A DNA stretch of 64,000 nucleotides, from NCBI GenBank assembly GCA_963842085.1, contig CAWJET010000002.1, positions 480,001 to 544,000 on the forward strand, given 5' to 3'. A model generated the notes under the pieces. That model made no database searches. It saw nothing but the letters and a program-made list of their open reading frames with translations, and was not told the origin of the DNA. This stretch comes from an uncultured delta proteobacterium. GTDB taxonomy: Bacteria; Desulfobacterota; Binatia; Binatales; Binataceae. Both the position numbers and the translations under genes were made by a program. Shown here piece after piece: positions 61,574 to 64,000 of this stretch. The first letter of the stretch is position 1; every line of letters begins with the position of its first letter.

Positions 61574-62121
61574 CTACGGGCAGGTCACTGTCAGATGAAA
61601 TGAACCATCCGCTGCAACACCGGCTGCGCTGAAGGTTGAGACGGTGACATCGTCCGGGCTGTCTCCATCCGTATCGCCCGTAACGGTAATCTCGCCCGCA
61701 GGTGCCGCCACCGTTCCTGTCCCGCCGAGTGTGGCCTGATAGGCGCACTTGCTCACATCTTTCCCGAAATTGACCTCGTATATGCCTGAGTCGGTGACAT
61801 GCGAATCACCCTCGACTACCGAGGCGCTGCTGGCGCGCGCGATGCTGCCGTCCGAATTGACCACCGCCCAGTTGTTCTGACCTTGCAGATCGGCGACGTC
61901 GCCCCTGCAGCGTTGTCACCTCGCCCATCAGCGTGGCTACCTAGGCTTGCAGCGTGACGATCAAGGCCTCATCAGCCTCGACTCGATCCTCCAATCCCGG
62001 AAGCCCGCCCTTCTGCGACTCTCCGGGATCACCGCCTTTATTTTTACCGTTGCCATTTCCGGCCCATGCCGGCGAGCTGAGCGCGACTGCGAGCAGGATG
62101 CTTCCCAGGGCTGCGCTTCAT
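61574..62121 (-). pseudogene. Disrupted exported protein (signal peptide, heptad coiled coil, C-terminal beta domain)
   Basis: GGAGG RBS and ATG 62121; frameshift after about codon 4, in-frame TAG at 61941-61943, extra G at 61902-61905; repaired reading gives LGSILLAVALSSPAWA...VTTLQGDVADLQGQNNWAVVNSDG...FHLTVTCP. Confidence 0.68.
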
Positions 62122-62297
62122 TGTGTTTCCTCCGTTGTCTAGATGAGTGTTTAGTGCAACCACCTTAAATGCTAGTCAAAATAGTTTTTCGAGACAAATT
62201 TTAAGCGTTGGCCAAATCAATCTTTATGATGCTTAGGCTCGTTCTTGCTAACCGCTTGAGACGCGCTGAACGCGCTGATGGCGCCGGGCTGCCCTGC

Positions 62298-63632
62298 TTA
62301 GTAATTCACGAGCCCGACGAAAACGTCGCTGACGTTGGTCCCCGTCGGCCCCGCGACGAACAGCCCGCCCGACGCCTTGAAGAAGTTGTACGAGTCGTTG
62401 CGGCTCAACGCGGTCGCGGCGCTCACTCCGGCGCCTTCGCCGTCCGCGACCGTGCCCGGCGACGCGAACGCGCCAGCCGCGTCGGTCGGTCCGTCAATTC
62501 CGTCGGTGCCGGCGAACAGCGCCGCGATTCGGCGCCCGCGGCCGATTTGCGACAGCTCGATTCCCATCGCCAGCGCGCATTGCTGGGCGCGTCCGCCCTT
62601 CCCGCCTCCGCGCACCGTCACCACCGGCTCGCCGCCTGCCAGGACGCACACCCGCTCGCGCTCGATCTCGCACATGTATTCCGCGAGCGCGCGCGCGAGG
62701 TCGTTGGCCTCGCCATGCAGCGGCTTCCATCGCTGCGGATGATACCCCAGCGCCGCCGCTGCGCGCTCGGCGCCTTCCAGGGCCAGGTTGTTGTCGCCGA
62801 TGATCACGTTGGTCACGCGCTCGAGAATCGGATCTCCCGTCTTTACCAGCGCACCGACTTCGCCTGCCACCGCCCGCTCCAGGTACGAGCGCACTGCCTC
62901 GGGCGCGCGCCCCCACACGCTGCGCCGTTTCAGCACCGCGACGACGTCGCCGAAACTGCTCCAGTCACCGGCGGTCAGGCCCGAGCCAATCGTCGCCAAA
63001 TCGTTGCCCGGCACGTCGGACAGGATCAGGCCGAGCACGCGCGCGCCGCCGCAATGGTGCAGCAGCCGTCCGCCTTTCACGGCCGAGAGATGCTTGCGCA
63101 CGATATTCAGCTCGCGGATCGACGCGCCGGCTTTGAGCAATGCCACGTTGACTGCGATCTTGTCCGCCAGCGTGAGTCCCTCGGCTGGCCGCGTGAACAT
63201 TGCCGACGCGCCTCCGCTCAGCGCAACGATCACCAGGTCATCGGCCGTGGTCCCGTGCAGCATCTCGCACGCCAGGTGCGCGGCTTCCTCCGACGACTCG
63301 TCGGGCACCGGATGGCTCGCCGCGACGACTCGGACCTTCGAGCCCGGCGAGACAGTGGTCGTCCCGGCTTCGTACTGAACTTTGGGAATTACGGCGATCG
63401 CATCGGCGAGCTTGTCGCCGATGCGACGTTCGATCTCGCGCGCCATCCCGAGCGCCGCCTTGCCCACCGCCAGCATCAGGACCCGCGACGCGCCCGCGAT
63501 CAAATCGGGTACCTGCTCCGCGCCCGGGCAGCCGCCGTCCATCGCCAGCCCGACCAGCCGCGCCGGCTCGACCGCCGCAACCGCAGCGCGATAAATCTTT
63601 TCGAGGTCGGCCCTCTCCGGTCTTTGCATCAT
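62298..63632 (-). CDS. Glycerate 2-kinase / hydroxypyruvate reductase family (DUF4147 + MOFRL)
   Basis: GKAA, ASHPVPD, SGGASA, SAVKGGRL, GGRAQ, GTDGIDG, GPTGTNVSD. Confidence 0.93.
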   Translation of the reverse strand: MMQRPERADLEKIYRAAVAAVEPARLVGLAMDGGCPGAEQVPDLIAGASRVLMLAVGKAALGMAREIERRIGDKLADAIAVIPKVQYEAGTTTVSPGSKVRVVAASHPVPDESSEEAAHLACEMLHGTTADDLVIVALSGGASAMFTRPAEGLTLADKIAVNVALLKAGASIRELNIVRKHLSAVKGGRLLHHCGGARVLGLILSDVPGNDLATIGSGLTAGDWSSFGDVVAVLKRRSVWGRAPEAVRSYLERAVAGEVGALVKTGDPILERVTNVIIGDNNLALEGAERAAAALGYHPQRWKPLHGEANDLARALAEYMCEIERERVCVLAGGEPVVTVRGGGKGGRAQQCALAMGIELSQIGRGRRIAALFAGTDGIDGPTDAAGAFASPGTVADGEGAGVSAATALSRNDSYNFFKASGGLFVAGPTGTNVSDVFVGLVNY

Positions 63633-63660
63633 TCTGAGAGTCTGCGAGGTTTTGGCGGGT

Positions 63661-63948
63661 TTGTCATCCTGACCGAAGCCCAGTAGCGCGGCTCATTTGT
63701 CATCCTGACCGAAGCGAGCAACGCGCAGCTCGTTTGTCATCCTGACCGAACCAAGCAACGCGAGCGGCAGGAAGGATCTCGGACAGCTTCGCGCCAGCGA
63801 AGCCGGTACCGATTTTGAAATCGCGAAGCGGTCCTTTGGTATTCCTATCGGATGCGACGACGCAAAACCGGAACGGGCGGCGCTTACGCGCCGCTGTCCG
63901 AGATCCTTCGCTCCGCTCGCCTTGCCCACTTCGCTCAGGATGACAAAC
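63661..63948. repeat. REP/MITE-like element with nested inverted repeats and tandem left ends
   Basis: Three TTTGTCATCCTGACCGAA copies; GTTTGTCATCCTGA (63732-63745) pairs with 63935-63948; GAAGGATCTCGGACAGC (63771-63787) pairs with 63893-63909. Confidence 0.8.
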
Positions 63949-64000
63949 CAACCAGACACACTGTCAACCCTTCAGGGCGCGAATTTTTCCCGACGCCTCC

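Noticed and set aside
63661-63760. Three direct repeats at ~36-bp period resembling a mini CRISPR array
   Set aside because: Spacers are only ~18 bp and similar to each other, the repeat is the end of an inverted-repeat element, and no cas genes are present.

Overview
High-GC bacterial chromosomal window, almost all housekeeping genes and mostly on the minus strand. Gene content and order suggest a deltaproteobacteria-like soil organism, possibly Candidatus Binatota (inference only). From left to right: (1) a pyrimidine operon pyrR-pyrB*-pyrC-carA-carB' with a visible sigma70 promoter and PyrR attenuator; (2) a long co-oriented run mdh-sdhCAB-sucCD-ndk-rlmN-mtnP-pfkB-GT2-ugd-epimerase-lepA-lepB; (3) an ABC-2 exporter with a Met/His-rich exported protein, icd, yebC-ruvCAB; (4) a GT-C/PMT glycosylation cluster; (5) mazG-rpsT and a reduced yceD-rpmF-plsX-fabD-acpP-nrdR-ribD-ribBA-nusB-lptE-holA run; (6) several catabolic enzymes and REP/MITE-like repeats. 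The standout is a 662-aa aspartate carbamoyltransferase that fuses the PyrB catalytic chain, the PyrI zinc domain, a Cys-less Ada-like module and a second, divergent PyrR-type PRT domain. Second is a riboflavin locus that keeps RibA and RibD but has a degenerate RibB domain and no ribE/ribH locally. Three genes are broken by small indels. I saw no tRNA, rRNA, CRISPR array, transposase or prophage. All protein family calls come from motif recognition by eye, not from database searches.
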